DNA of 62,897 nucleotides, filler included, from Circinaria calcarea (Eukaryota): NCBI GenBank assembly GCA_051942165.1. It is 25 parts of 25 records of this genome, joined end to end, with 100 filler letters (N's around TTAATTAATTAA, not from the genome) between each part and the next. Parts side by side here need not be neighbours in the genome. Positions count along the whole stretch, not along the records: positions 1 to 2,431 come from JAVECS010003546.1; positions 2,532 to 4,961 come from JAVECS010003547.1; positions 5,062 to 7,491 come from JAVECS010003548.1; positions 7,592 to 10,021 come from JAVECS010003549.1; positions 10,122 to 12,550 come from JAVECS010003550.1; 20 more parts are not named here. One strand, 5' to 3'. Shown piece by piece: positions 1 to 11,330 of this stretch (position 1 is its first letter; each line of letters starts with the position of its first letter). The notes under the pieces were generated by a model. It saw only the letters and a program-made list of their open reading frames with translations, ran no database searches and was not told where the DNA came from. The position numbers and the translations under genes were made by a program.

Positions 1-1
1 C

Positions 2-319
2 CTCCCCACCTTCCTCCTCCTCCTCCTCTCCCTGCAAACCCTCCTTCTCGTTACCGCCGGGCCCGCCATTCTCGCCTTACGCGTCGGTTCCGCCATTGGC
101 AGCGTCGTCTCCTCCTCCTCCTCCTCCAACAATAACAAAAACCCGAAAAAACAACGGAGCCTGTTGGAAGAGCTTTCGCCGGTCGAGAAAAGGATGGTCG
201 CGAAGTTGGTGAAGGATGAGGGCTTTGTGAGGGCGGTGAGGGATGTGAGGGAGAAGGAGGCTAGGGAGAGGAAGAGGGCGGTTTGGGAGAGGGAAGTGGA
301 GGGTTTATACTATATTTGA
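2..319 (+). CDS. Small putative secreted protein, 5'-truncated, unknown function
   Basis: Open frame from the contig edge, absent from the ORF track: LPTFLLLLLSLQTLLLVTAGPAILALRVGSAIGS...EKRMVAKLVKDEGFVRAVRDVREKEARERKRAVWEREVEGLYYI*. Signal-peptide-like Leu run, KR sites and a charged helical tail. Confidence 0.5.
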   Translation, partial: LPTFLLLLLSLQTLLLVTAGPAILALRVGSAIGSVVSSSSSSNNNKNPKKQRSLLEELSPVEKRMVAKLVKDEGFVRAVRDVREKEARERKRAVWEREVEGLYYI

Positions 320-950
320 GAGGGAGCCGGAGCCGGAGATGGCTGGGATTTGGGTGAGGGACGCAGACGCCGAGGCGGATGCGGACACGGGAGCGGACAT
401 CTCCTGGTGAAGCAAAGCGCAGTGAACAGGGACGAGACTGGAGTGGGGGTGCAGGGGAAGTTTGTTTACTTGCTCTGGTCGTTTGGCAAGGACCCCGACA
501 TCGAGGAGTCATAAGCGGTTCCGCAACTGGTTCTCGGGCCGAGGAATTTTTGCTGCGTTCCTTTCACGTCCGCGCCAGCTCATCGCTGCGTCGGCACTGG
601 CACTGGTATGTTCTCTCCTACCATCTACCCACATTCGGAATTCCATTCGATGTTCGATATTCGGGACAGCAAATAGGTGGGGAGTACAGCAGGTACTGCA
701 CCAAACACACAGTGCAACCTTTATATAATATGATCACTCCGTCGACCGTTATCCCACCAAACTCCTATTTTGCTGCACCCTCCAGGAGCCTTAATAACCC
801 TATAATTGAGGCTCTTTCCGAAATTCAAGCTTATAGGGTGAGGTTTTGTTGCATTAAAATGGTAATGGGTATTATTATCGGAGTGCAGGTTCCCCCCCCC
901 CGGGGACTGAATCGATAGTGCATATCACGTATAGGGCCCCAGGACCGAGT

Positions 951-1261
951 TGTTATGGCGCCCCCGCCATATGGTAAGGTAACTGAAAGTACTACCATAT
1001 GCCAGAACCAGACTATTGTGTTCGCTTAAGAACACTAGTGGAGTAGCGGAGCAGAGTGAGCAGAGTGAGCAGAGTAGTGCTCAGGGTGCTCAGAGTGCTC
1101 CACACAGTACATAAGCAGGCTGTTCCTCGTTCGTTAGAATAGCATGCTTATAGACACTAATCTATAAAATAACAATAAACTAATATTACGTTCCTAGTAA
1201 CCGTGCACAACAGGGTGACTCTATCCCTAATACAAGTCTGGTTTATCCTAGCACCCATACA
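951..1261 (+). mobile_element. Degenerate LTR, same family as the solo LTRs at 12668 and 58155
   Basis: Starts TGTTATGGCG, the reverse complement of the CGCCATAACA ends of the other two copies. Shares GTAACCGTGC with both and GTTCGCTTAAG with the 58155 copy. Ends GCACCCATACA (compare GCGCCCTTACA). Internal GAGCAGAGT repeats. No matching TSD, so the right boundary is uncertain. Confidence 0.65.
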
Positions 1262-1772
1262 GGAAGCTCTTATAATATAAAATTATTCCATTTATATTAT
1301 CCGATAGCTTTCAAATATATATAATTAGTGGAACGTATTTATTTAGTTTAGATTATAATTTTAGAGGGTTTTGGCATATAGCAATAATAGCCACTGTATA
1401 TCGATTCTTTTAACCCGTTTACAAAATTAGTATTCCACCCAGAATTTGTTCCTAGCGCTTTTTAAAATCCCACGACCTTTTTTCCAGCCTTTACAGCTCC
1501 ATCAAGAACCCCGGCTCCGCCCTTTACGGTTTTCTAGGGAATACAATCCGGTTTCCCGCTTTCGCTGAGTGTCTGTTCCGCTTGGAGGAACGACCAATTC
1601 GGACCGCTCCACTTGAAGTCGTCGCCCGGCTGGATTGGTTTCCGCTTAGGATCATGTGGTATCGCGTCAGAGTCGATTAGATCTCGGGTCGGGTCGTCTG
1701 ATAACGCTCCATTACTGGTCTTGCTGGTCGACGAATAGGTTTGACAAACGTAAACATGTTCTTTGCTTGGGC

Positions 1773-2431
1773 TCAACCGGCTGGCAAATGCTTCTTCACC
1801 TGCTTAGCTTGCCAGATAAGTCTTTGGACTAATTCTGGTTGCTGTTGAGTAGCGAAATGTATGGTGGCATTCATACTATCTGAGTGTGTGTAACTAACTA
1901 AGCTATCTATGCAGCGAAAAAGCGCTTTTATGTAGCGTGTAGAGTGTTGAGCATGGACCTCCTATGCAACACATGCTTCGGTAAGCCCTATGGCTTTTAA
2001 TAGTTGCAAAATAAGGCCGAGCACTTCCTCTAGCAGTTTTTCGCAGAAATTTTCAGGCTCGATCAACAAGTTCCACCCTAAGGTAAAGGAAGCTGCAAGA
2101 ATAGGTCCTACGAGAGGAACCATATCCAGACCAGCCTCAAGGACGTTTTTTAGAAAGTCAACGAAGAAATTAGAGTATGTTGGGGGCTGCCATTGCAGCT
2201 CCAGGCCATGATTAGCAGCCGCAACTTTTGCCCAGTTAAAGTCGTCCGGGTCCACGAATGATGCCGTCAGTGGGATAATTGGAACGGAATAGCAGCTGAT
2301 AAAGACAATATATTTGGCCGAGTATGAATTGTCCTGTCGAACCTTTCGAGGAAGTGCTAGCAGATGCTGGAGACCCTTACATTAATCCTTACAGTCATCT
2401 CGCTCCCTTTGTTCCTTGTCAAAATTCCACC
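1773..2431 (-). pseudogene. Decayed coding sequence of unknown family
   Basis: Protein-like frame ...VDPDDFNWAKVAAANHGLELQWQPPTYSNFFVDFLKNVLEAGLDMVPLVGPILAASFTLGW... It is interrupted by TAG (1962-1964) and then stays open for about 60 more codons. Further stops lie upstream. Confidence 0.3.
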
Positions 2432-2531
2432 NNNNNNNNNNNNNNNNNNNNNNNNNNNNNNNNNNNNNNNNNNNNTTAATTAATTAANNNNNNNNNNNNN
2501 NNNNNNNNNNNNNNNNNNNNNNNNNNNNNNN
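2432..2531. other. Artificial contig spacer (44 N + TTAATTAATTAA + 44 N); first of 24
   Basis: Identical 100-nt linkers start at 2432, 4962, 7492, 10022, 12551, 15079, 17607, 20133, 22656, 25177, 27698, 30219, 32739, 35256, 37772, 40288, 42804, 45319, 47833, 50347, 52860, 55373, 57886 and 60395. The 12-mer puts stops in all six frames. Contig lengths decrease from 2431 to 2403. Confidence 0.99.
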
Positions 2532-4169
2532 CACCGCGGCGACCCAGTGCAAAAGAAGCCCTGGAGCAAATACCATCGACGGCAAAATCAGTCATACCTA
2601 TACTTATCCTATCGCCCATGTCATGCCATGAGTCATATCTTGAAGCGAATAACCCAAGGAGGCCATATTGGACAATCCGAACTATCAATCCTTAACGGAG
2701 ATGCAGATTGAATAAAGATCAGGGTCTAGAAATTGAACAGTCAGCACAGTTTGTTACTCCCATGCGAAATCGGAAGGAGATTCTACCGGTAGCCAGTCTG
2801 CGAGCATTGAACTTGGATCCCGGCTCGAGATGAGGTCTTTGAGAATCTGGATAGTTAGGATATCACATTTAATCGCCCGCTATTAATGGAGGCAACTTTT
2901 AGCTGGGAGAGACAAGTCAGCTGAATATCCTGGCGTCCGGAAATCAGTTTCTGGAAAGCTGCTCTGGTGCAGTTAGCTGGGCGCAGTTCAGGATGCGGTG
3001 GCTTCCCATGGAACAGAGGAAGAATTCCAGGGTACATTTCAATATTCAATCTGCTGAATGTACAATAAACTTACGGATGAGCGAATGGAGATGGATCTGC
3101 TTTTCTTATGAGAAATTTATAAATTGCTTGCATTTAGTTCGTCTTCTGGTTTCTTGCCTCCTCCATAGTCGGTCATTTCCGAGAAAGCTATTCTTTGCTA
3201 CCCCAACTGATTGGGCGTGCACAACCCTTCACCGCAGATGAGACTTTGCGGAAAGGATATTTGACACGTCAGGACCCGGTACCGGAGAGTGAACCTCCAC
3301 GTACAAAATCTAAGGCTTGAAGTATTGTCCACCAATAATGGTCTCTGCAGCAGAATAAATAAGGAGCAAAGAATAGAATCGTCGAGCATGATCGACCCAC
3401 GGTCTGAAATTGAAAAGCACTACTAAAATCGAGCATAGCATAATCATCGCGTCCATGTCCACATAGGCTAATATCAGACTCATCCGTTCCGCTTCCTGGA
3501 TAGTTATCTCCCTTAATTTTCCCCATGGCCTACGCGCCTTTGTTTGGAGAGCGCGCGCGCGTGTTGGCACCCTGAAACCTGAGATGGCGAGGATCCAGAT
3601 GTTTTGTCACCGACCGGAGCGATGGCTGCCACATCAATCATAACCTCTACGACGCTAATCAAATCATGAGGCGATGCGCGAGAAGTGCGGTCACTATGGC
3701 TGTGATTGGTGATTGAATGATGGTTTGCTACATGTAGTCTATTCTCGTAGAATTCACCGGAACTATATCTTTGACCAAGGTTTTCCATTCGAACAAGGGA
3801 ACAGAGATAACCTAACCGTTAGCTTCAACCATCCACAACTCAACTCTCTGTCCAACTCCCCTCAGCCAACACTCACTTTGTTTGACTTGCTATACTTCCA
3901 GCATTGTCGCTGCAGTCAGAGTCAAAGTGAATAACAAGGACTCACGGTTCGGTTTCATTGTTGCAGCAACCTGATTCACTTTCCTTCCCCATTCAGGTCA
4001 AGACAGTTCAAAGTGCCTCATCTCCTACAGCATCTAGATCTCTCACCACCTTGAGCAACCACATCCAGCTCGCCTTGTCATAGAATGTCCAGTCTCTCGA
4101 ATGCCGAATAGTTAACTCACACATCGATCGCCTCCCCTCCACAGCTGGCTGCATCGTCTCCTTTCCAAC

Positions 4170-4961
4170 ATGTCCACGACCACTGCAAGCTCAGCTCCCA
4201 CAAATCTAGCTGGCGCTCTCAACAACGGTGGCAACGGACAATTCGCCGAAGGGCAAACAATCAATGTCTTCTTCGCCTCCCTTGCCGGTGCTTTCGCCGT
4301 CTTCGGAATCCAGTTTGGTATCTTCCTCATCATTAAGAATAAATTTACTCGGATATAGTAGGGTTGAATCCGTACTGCTCTTTAACTTACGCTGACTATG
4401 TCAAGCCAACCGAGAACCTTTCTCGTCCCTGAAAGAGAGCGGACAAAACCACCCCCCAACAGCCTATGGAAGTGGGTTGTACCTGTATTCCGAACCTCAA
4501 ACTCCGACTTCATCCAAAAATGCGGTCTCGATGCCTACTTCTTCCTGCGTTACCTCCGAACGTTACTCAAGATCTTTATTCCGTTGGCCATCGTCATCCT
4601 CCCTATACTGCTTCCACTGAATGCTGTTCACGGAAGGGGACCGCGCTTTGCAACAGGCATTTATTCAAATCAGACAGCGTGGTCGAATGTGACCGGACTA
4701 GACACGCTTGCCTGGGGGAATGTGCGGCCTGACCAAACCAACAGATATTGGGGACATCTCATCCTTGCTGTTGGTGTTGTGGCGTGGACTTGCTGGGTCT
4801 TCTACGATGAGCTGAGGGGCTATATTCGTCTACGGCAAGCCTATTTAACCTCCCCAAAGCACCGATTACGTGCTTCCGCCACAACAGTCCTGGTGACAGC
4901 AATCCCTAGGAAGTGGTGCACTGTCGAAGCTCTGGATGGACTCTACGACGTGTTTCCAGGA
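4170..4961 (+). CDS. CSC1/OSCA/TMEM63 (RSN1/PHM7-like, DUF221) membrane channel, N-terminal part
   Basis: Exon 4170-4357, intron 4358-4405 (GTAGGG...GCTGAC...AAG), then RIYQPRT...CGLDAYFFLRYLRTLLKIFIP...GLDTLAWGNV...YWGHLI...RQAYL...TVLVTAIP, typical of the RSN1_TM region. Truncated by the spacer. Confidence 0.92.
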
Positions 4962-5061
4962 NNNNNNNNNNNNNNNNNNNNNNNNNNNNNNNNNNNNNNN
5001 NNNNNTTAATTAATTAANNNNNNNNNNNNNNNNNNNNNNNNNNNNNNNNNNNNNNNNNNNN

Positions 5062-5365
5062 GGTGCTGAAGGTGAAGAGTCCTGGTTGGCGCGAGAAACG
5101 AGACTTGAAGCAATAGCATCTGGGAATTGATAGATTGACAAGCGGGATCTACCGCCATTAGACGCCTAAGCCATATAGGATGTAAATCAGCTGTGATTAG
5201 GGGTGATGTATTATAGGAGAACATGCTCGGTACCGATCATCGTTATATCGAGGATATTCTTATAGTAGACCGTATTAATGCTGGCCTGGCCTACCTCCGT
5301 TCTTAGAAACGTATCTTTGTGGACGAAATTGTTATGTACAATTTTTATATCGAGGTTTAACTGTA
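5062..5365 (-). mobile_element. Probable end of a pogo/Tigger-type (Tc1/mariner superfamily) DNA transposon
   Basis: The minus strand reads TA|CAGTTAAACCTCGATATAA (TA at 5364-5365), with a second CCTCGATATAACG copy at about 5241-5253. This resembles pogo-type TIRs with subterminal repeats. The other end is not on the contig. Confidence 0.45.
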
Positions 5366-7296
5366 AATAACCAAGTTTGGTTAAGCCTCCCGGCGTCAAG
5401 CATAGTCACGTAGTTAAGATATGCAGGCAAAGCCATGCTACGCTGATAGAGGATGAACTCTTACTCACAAAGTCAATCAACATCTCTCAACAGTAGTCTT
5501 AAACCCACTCAGGTTAGCTGCTAGCATCACACCTCGACTCCAATTGACGGGGACAGTAATGAGTTGTCTGAACAATGTCAAGGAGGCATCGAGGTCGCGA
5601 GCCTTCTTGGCCTACTTACTTGCCTCAAGGATCGCGTTGAAGATGCAAAGTCAGAGGACCCATGCTACAACACGATCCGCGTACCTAAAGCCGAGAAATG
5701 TGCTCCGGACAGTACTAGACGGACAGTACTAGGGCAGCTAGGCGCAAAGTTGGTACTAGGGAATGGGATCAATGGCCTTGGGAGAGCATTGGTGTGGAGG
5801 TTTGAAAAAAAGGAGACTAAAGACATTGTTACCACAGTGGAGAGTTAGAGACACTAATCAACCTTGCATTAGTGAACGATCTCTTGTGAGTTAGGCATCA
5901 ACATATAGAGACAAGAAGGTTGTGGAGTTGCTTCGAAGAGCCAGTATGCGTGGAGTATACAGGGCAATAACGGGCAACTTATCCGGCTGTGTGGCACCCC
6001 CGTAGGGTTGCTTGGGGTACTGTATTCTACCCCGGCACTCTGGATCTGGCATCCACACTGCACCCTAAGCGTGTAGGACGGATTATGCAAACCCTAGAAA
6101 TAGGATAGAGAAGTTACTATGTTGGCAACTGTTGGGGCTGTCTTGGAGATGAGCTTGACCGTTATCGAAAAAGACCTAGACTAGATTGACCATGGCCTCT
6201 CGAGCTACAAGGACTACCGAGATTTTCTTAGTATATGTTTCTAATCGAAGATAGGGGTACTTGGGTAACTCATGCTATCCGGCTCTATCTCTAGGGGCCG
6301 CTGTCTTTATCAAGGAAGCGGGCAGTCCTGCATATTCTAAGCTGCTTGTTCGAGATAACCCACAGTTCATAGAGCTGCTAAGTTTAGAAGCAAAGGTCGA
6401 GTTGGCGACTATATGGATAACCACCTAACGAAAACTGGCCGTCACAGATTTATCCATACCGGACGCCTGATGCTTTCGTCGGGAAAAGGGAATGCAATGT
6501 GGCAAATGCCACTCGTGGTGAGGATGTCATTATATATCCTAGGGGCCTGAGGGAAGTATTGGGTATATAAATATGGGAATATGATGTTTGCTTGATGGTC
6601 AAGTCCCGAAGAGTCCTTTTCTTGCAATATCAGTTCTCACTTTTATGTATCTTGAATAGAAGAGATGGAAAGAGACAGAGTCTCAAAACTATTAGGTTGC
6701 CGATACTCCCCCCCTTTTCTGGAATCTACGTTCATAATCTCCTTCGTTCCTTCGCGCATGTTATAGGTACTTTGAACTTATAACTGAGACTTAGTGTTGT
6801 CGTATGCTCTACAGTTACCGTACTCAACTCAACAGTATATCTAGCTGTCCAAGTTAGACCTCGCTACACGTCTATATCCAAATTGCTAGCCTGGTCAATA
6901 CGATATCCCTTAAGCCATGTCATGCGCATGCCTGTTCATCCGAATGTATTTACATGCGCCTTTCGCAGCTTTGGAAAACGTGTCTCCTCTACTACGTTCC
7001 ATACTTTCACAAACACGGCACCCATTGCTAGTATGCTCTTCCGGTTTCTCGTCATCCGACCACTCTCTTTGTGGTATCCCTGTCAAAGAATAGGTCTATA
7101 TTTAATTCAACAATAGACTTCAGGGAAACAAGCCTCGCTCAGCCTCGAAGATACCGTCTTTATGGACAACCAAAGGTAAAGCCCAATAGAATATTGGTAC
7201 CGCTAGATATGGTAGCTCTGTCCCGACTTGATTAACAAAACTTTCCAAACTTCAGCTGCACGATATACCACCTATTGATCAAATCCCTCACCGATC

Positions 7297-7491
7297 ATGT
7301 CTACCGAATCCCCTCTAAACTCGACCTTTGGGATCGAACTCGAACTTTTGATCAAATTCCAATCGACCCACATCAACCAAGAAACCCGCAGCATCATGGC
7401 CGAAGAAGGCTACCCCGCCGACGACGACATCTCTGCTCTTCAGCTCCAAATCTACCTCATCCTCGATCGCGCCGGCATCCTTATCCACTCC
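7297..7491 (+). CDS. Putative amidoligase (Amidoligase_2-like, COOH-NH2 ligase fold), N-terminal fragment
   Basis: MSTESPLNSTFGIELELLIKF: an N-terminal TFG(I/V)ELE motif typical of this family. Truncated at the spacer. Confidence 0.6.
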
Positions 7492-8594
7492 NNNNNNNNN
7501 NNNNNNNNNNNNNNNNNNNNNNNNNNNNNNNNNNNTTAATTAATTAANNNNNNNNNNNNNNNNNNNNNNNNNNNNNNNNNNNNNNNNNNNNACGGCGTCC
7601 CAGGTGTTATAAGTTTTCTTTCGTGGCATCCTGGAAAGCGGTCGGTTGATTCGATGCTTGGAAACAGGATTAAACAACAGTTAGAGTACCCCTCCTATAT
7701 AGCGAATAAGGCATGTTACAACTGTCATCGGAGCTCTCCAGGCGCCCGATGACGGCGTAGGTGGAACAGCGTACTAGATATCTAACTCAAGATGATACAT
7801 CAGCTGATAGCTGTGCCATAACGGTTGTAATGTTATCTCGCTTGGTTGCGCGCCTGCGCCTGCGTCTGGAAATAACGTCACTGAAACACATGGTGTTGGG
7901 CGAGGGGCTTAGAAATTCAGATGTTCCAACTTGATATGAGTTTTCCTTTGTTAGCACTTAACCCATATCAGAAAAAACCTACAGCGAGTTGGCGGCACAT
8001 TCAGTTTCAAAAACGTTCAATATCGCGTAGCCGCAATTCTCCATTGGCACAGCATTTAGGATCGGCGCATCTCAAATCACGGCGTCCTTGAATTATCATA
8101 AGATGATTGGCTTTAACGTTACCGAGCCACCTCAAATCGATTATAATTAGAAACAACCAACCAGATCTAGTGATAAAGAAAATGTTTTCAGGACCTAAAA
8201 CGAGTACAATCCAGCGTCAGTCCAAGACACGCAGTAAGAAAGGATTAATAAGTTGGATAGTTTTCAGACTTACCGATAGCATTTCTTTCCTGTTGGTTGG
8301 GAACTTTCAATCATGTGTACGGTATAGTGTTTTTGATAGGGAAAGATATATAAAGCCTTTATCGGTATTAAGATTTCCTCAAACAATTCCAGCTGAATAT
8401 TCTACACGTACCATCTCGATTTCTGCTGGTCAGCAATCTATCTCTGTTTATTTGTTTTACTATCGACTTTATACCGCCATCAGATATCCCATCAACCTAT
8501 TGATTAGGCTTTACTAGCTTTGATTTATCTCAAAAATACTCAAGCCTCTTATTGGAGAACCCCGTTATCATATTTCTTGATAGATCTAGGCAGA

Positions 8595-9563
8595 ATGTAT
8601 TTTTCCCAAGCCCTTCTCTTGATTTGTCTCGGTACTACGGTTGTTCACTCTTATGAGGAGCACTCTCAAATCCCAAGGTGAAGCTTCTATGGATTGAGCC
8701 CTTGGTTATATCCATATACTAATCCTTGTTATAGTGACGTTGCTACGAAGAAGACATTAAATGGTGTTGCCGACATACCAATACCCGCCATTCAAAAGTT
8801 CCACAGCCTATCTAAGAGGAAGCTATTCTATCAGCCTTCTCCAATTCATTTGACGGCCAGAGATGCCCTAAGCTTGCCTATGAAGGCGGTCCCTAAGGGT
8901 GTTGGCAAAGGGTCTTCGCCTCCACCTTCGAAAAGCCCTTCAAAAGGGCCATCCAAAGGATCATCAACTCGATCCCGTTTCCTCGAGGCGGCGAGCGAAT
9001 GTAGCGCCAAGGCTCGCTCCAGCAAAGGCGCCAGTCCGAAAAAGACCGGGAGACTGACCAAGCGGTTTGATTATGACAGTCTCATCAACAACCCAAAGGC
9101 AAAGCAAGTGGGTATGGACGAGTGGAAATATGCCGACTGGGCTACATATGATACCGTCTGGACAAGGGACCTTTGCGGTTGCACAGCCGTCATGGTTGTC
9201 TCACGCCAAGGTGCTTTTCTCATCCATTTAAGACCACAAAGTGAGGCGGATACGGTTACTGCACTGGCGAGAGCTAAATTGGAATACAATTCTCACGCCG
9301 GTGCGCTCCAGGGTGCGAGAGTCGTGATTGCCTCTGGAAAACTAGACGGCCAAGTCGGATTGCCGGATCTACAACAGACTATCGAAAGAACCATCGCCGG
9401 TTGGGGCCACCAGGTCATCTCAGACACCTATGATATGATTTCCGTTCAGGGTAACCAACGTCATCTAGCTGGCATCGATGGTCAAGGCATTGTCCGGGTG
9501 AGTAAAGAAGGGATGAACAAAGTCGCTTATATTGAACAGAGGAAAATTCTTACGCTTGTTTAA
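8595..9563 (+). CDS. Secreted pre-pro-protein with a C-terminal CNF1/CheD/YfiH-like Cys-His hydrolase (putative deamidase) domain
   Basis: Exon 1 8595-8677 encodes a signal peptide (MYFSQALLLICLGTTVVHS). Intron 8678-8734 (GTGAAG...TACTAAT...TAG) joins in frame to the long ORF, giving 303 aa. A K/S/P-rich linker and a dibasic site LTKR|FDY precede WTRDLCGCTAVMVVSRQGAFLIHL. Confidence 0.75.
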
Positions 9564-10423
9564 GTTGTAGCTTTGGTGTTAAAAAATAGTACTACTGGAT
9601 TTGTCTCTATTAATGGTACACTGGACCGCATTGTATTTTAGTTTTAGCACTCTTTATTTGCGTTGTGTCTTAGTAGCTTGTTTGGAATGCAATAGCAGCT
9701 ATCGCTTTTTTATCTTCCTATTATTCCCTAGTAGCCCTCTCCATCCGTTAACAGCGATTATCAATCATATCACCAACTTACCAAATTCCATCCGAGTTTG
9801 CGATTTTAAAGAAAAGCTTTTTATATGCTTGATTCTGGATTCTTCTTATATACCACGTTATCCCCATCCGCAATTATCCTCTCGAAAAAAATTCCCCAAA
9901 CACGACTCACCAGAGAAGAAACAAAAGTGGGAAAGAGGGAATAGGAGTACAGCAAAATATATATTCCCCCGTCCCTTTATCCCCCCTACCCTTCAACCCT
10001 TCAACCCTTCAACCCCTCCTANNNNNNNNNNNNNNNNNNNNNNNNNNNNNNNNNNNNNNNNNNNNTTAATTAATTAANNNNNNNNNNNNNNNNNNNNNNN
10101 NNNNNNNNNNNNNNNNNNNNNCGTCGCAGCTGGAGAAATACAAATACTTATCCGATGGTGAGGCCATACTGCTGGTATCTACATATGAGTACCTCTGTAG
10201 AGACTGTTGGTCATCTCCAGGGCGCGCGCATTTGTGTCTTCCAGAAGGGGGCTCGGATTTGAGACACTAGATTAGGTTTAGCCTCGAATATGGGTGACAT
10301 GTAGTATAAAGACACGTAGGGCTGTAGAGGAAGCGTCGATAATTAGGCCTGAGACCGTAACCATGAAATTGCCGGCTTGTGCCAAAACCCAGCACTAGCA
10401 AAAAAAGTCGCCCTCTCCCAACC

Positions 10424-11330
10424 ATGGTAAGCCAGTCTCGGGTGCTACTGGGGGACTTTTGCCCTGACTGGGAGACTAGAATTCTCTTTTCAATGCCGCC
10501 TTGAAGCAGTCCTCCTCGGTCCGTCGTGATCTTGACGCCTTCGCAGAGTCACCTGCGTCTTCATCGTCGGCGTTGCAAGGTAGAGCCCGCAGAGCTTTCA
10601 GTCGAGATTGTACCGCTCACGTCATACAAAGGCCAGATATCCGCAACCCTAACCTCCTTCTCCCGTACCCTCGACGATTACTCGGAAACATCCAAAAAGG
10701 AGCTCAATGCGGCCAAGCAAGAGAAAGCTCGGGAGCGTCTCAAAAACTTCCGTGCAGAACTCCTGGACTATCGACAGATGTTTGAGAGACTCAGAAAAGA
10801 TCGGGAGGAAAGCGTACGCATGGGCAACCTCTTAAGCTTTTTGGACGACAAGCCTAAAACTAACACTCTACATATAGCAAACCCACTTGAACCGCACAGA
10901 ACTACTCGGCCGCCGTCCCCACCATGCCTCGACGCCCGAGAATCCATACGCTGACAGTAACCTCACCTCCAACTCTGCCTTTGCGCCATCTGCCCCTGCC
11001 ACCTCTCTTTCCTTTGGCGCAACACCAACCCAACAGAACTTTTCTCGCGAATCGCATGCACTGCGTGAGCAGTCCTTCTTCCAGCAAAGCAATGCTCAAC
11101 TGGACGAATATCTAGAGCGAGGTCGCGCTGTCTTGGGGGACCTAGGCCAGCAGAGGGAGATTCTCAAAGGGACCCAGAAAAGGTTATACAGTGTTGCGAA
11201 TACCCTGGGTGTCAGCGGGGATACCATAAGAATGGTGGAGAGAAGAGCGAAGCAGGATAAATGGATATTCTGGGCTGGCTGTCTCATCTTTTTTGGATTC
11301 TGCTGGTTGGTCATTCACTATCTACGTTGA
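10424..11330 (+). CDS. BOS1: ER-Golgi Qb-SNARE Bos1 (membrin)
   Basis: ATG 10424-10426, introns 10427-10479, 10580-10631 and 10814-10877. MNSLFNAALKQS...RTELLGRRPHHASTPENPY...LKGTQKRLYSVANTLGVSGDTIRMVERRAKQDKWIFWAG, then a C-terminal TM anchor. Confidence 0.93.

Noticed and set aside
710..737. CAGTGCAACCTTTATATAATATGATC, resembling the pogo-like end at 5363
   Set aside because: It is preceded by CA rather than TA, has no inverted partner on the contig, and the similarity is too short.
379..918. 179-aa ORF and other long non-ATG or low-complexity ORFs (e.g. 8107-8517, 15483-15927, 48002-48913, 51242-51780)
   Set aside because: They have no recognisable motifs or splice-supported structure and are consistent with chance ORFs in intergenic DNA.
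2476..2487. Regularly spaced TTAATTAATTAA repeat every ~2.5 kb, and ORFs ending in XXX-LIN
   Set aside because: It is an assembly or concatenation linker, not a biological repeat, CRISPR array or protein motif.
2534..2695. PRRPSAKEALEQIP, resembling protein kinase subdomain XI
   Set aside because: Only one short motif at a contig edge, which is not enough to call a gene.
5500..6100. Minus-strand protein-like fragments with stops and a 14-bp tandem duplication (5706-5732)
   Set aside because: Probably a decayed gene, but I could not assign a family or boundaries.
7592..7629. Minus-strand start MPRKKTYNTWDA with an upstream TATA-like site, possibly a transposase
   Set aside because: Only 12 codons are visible and no TIR was identified.
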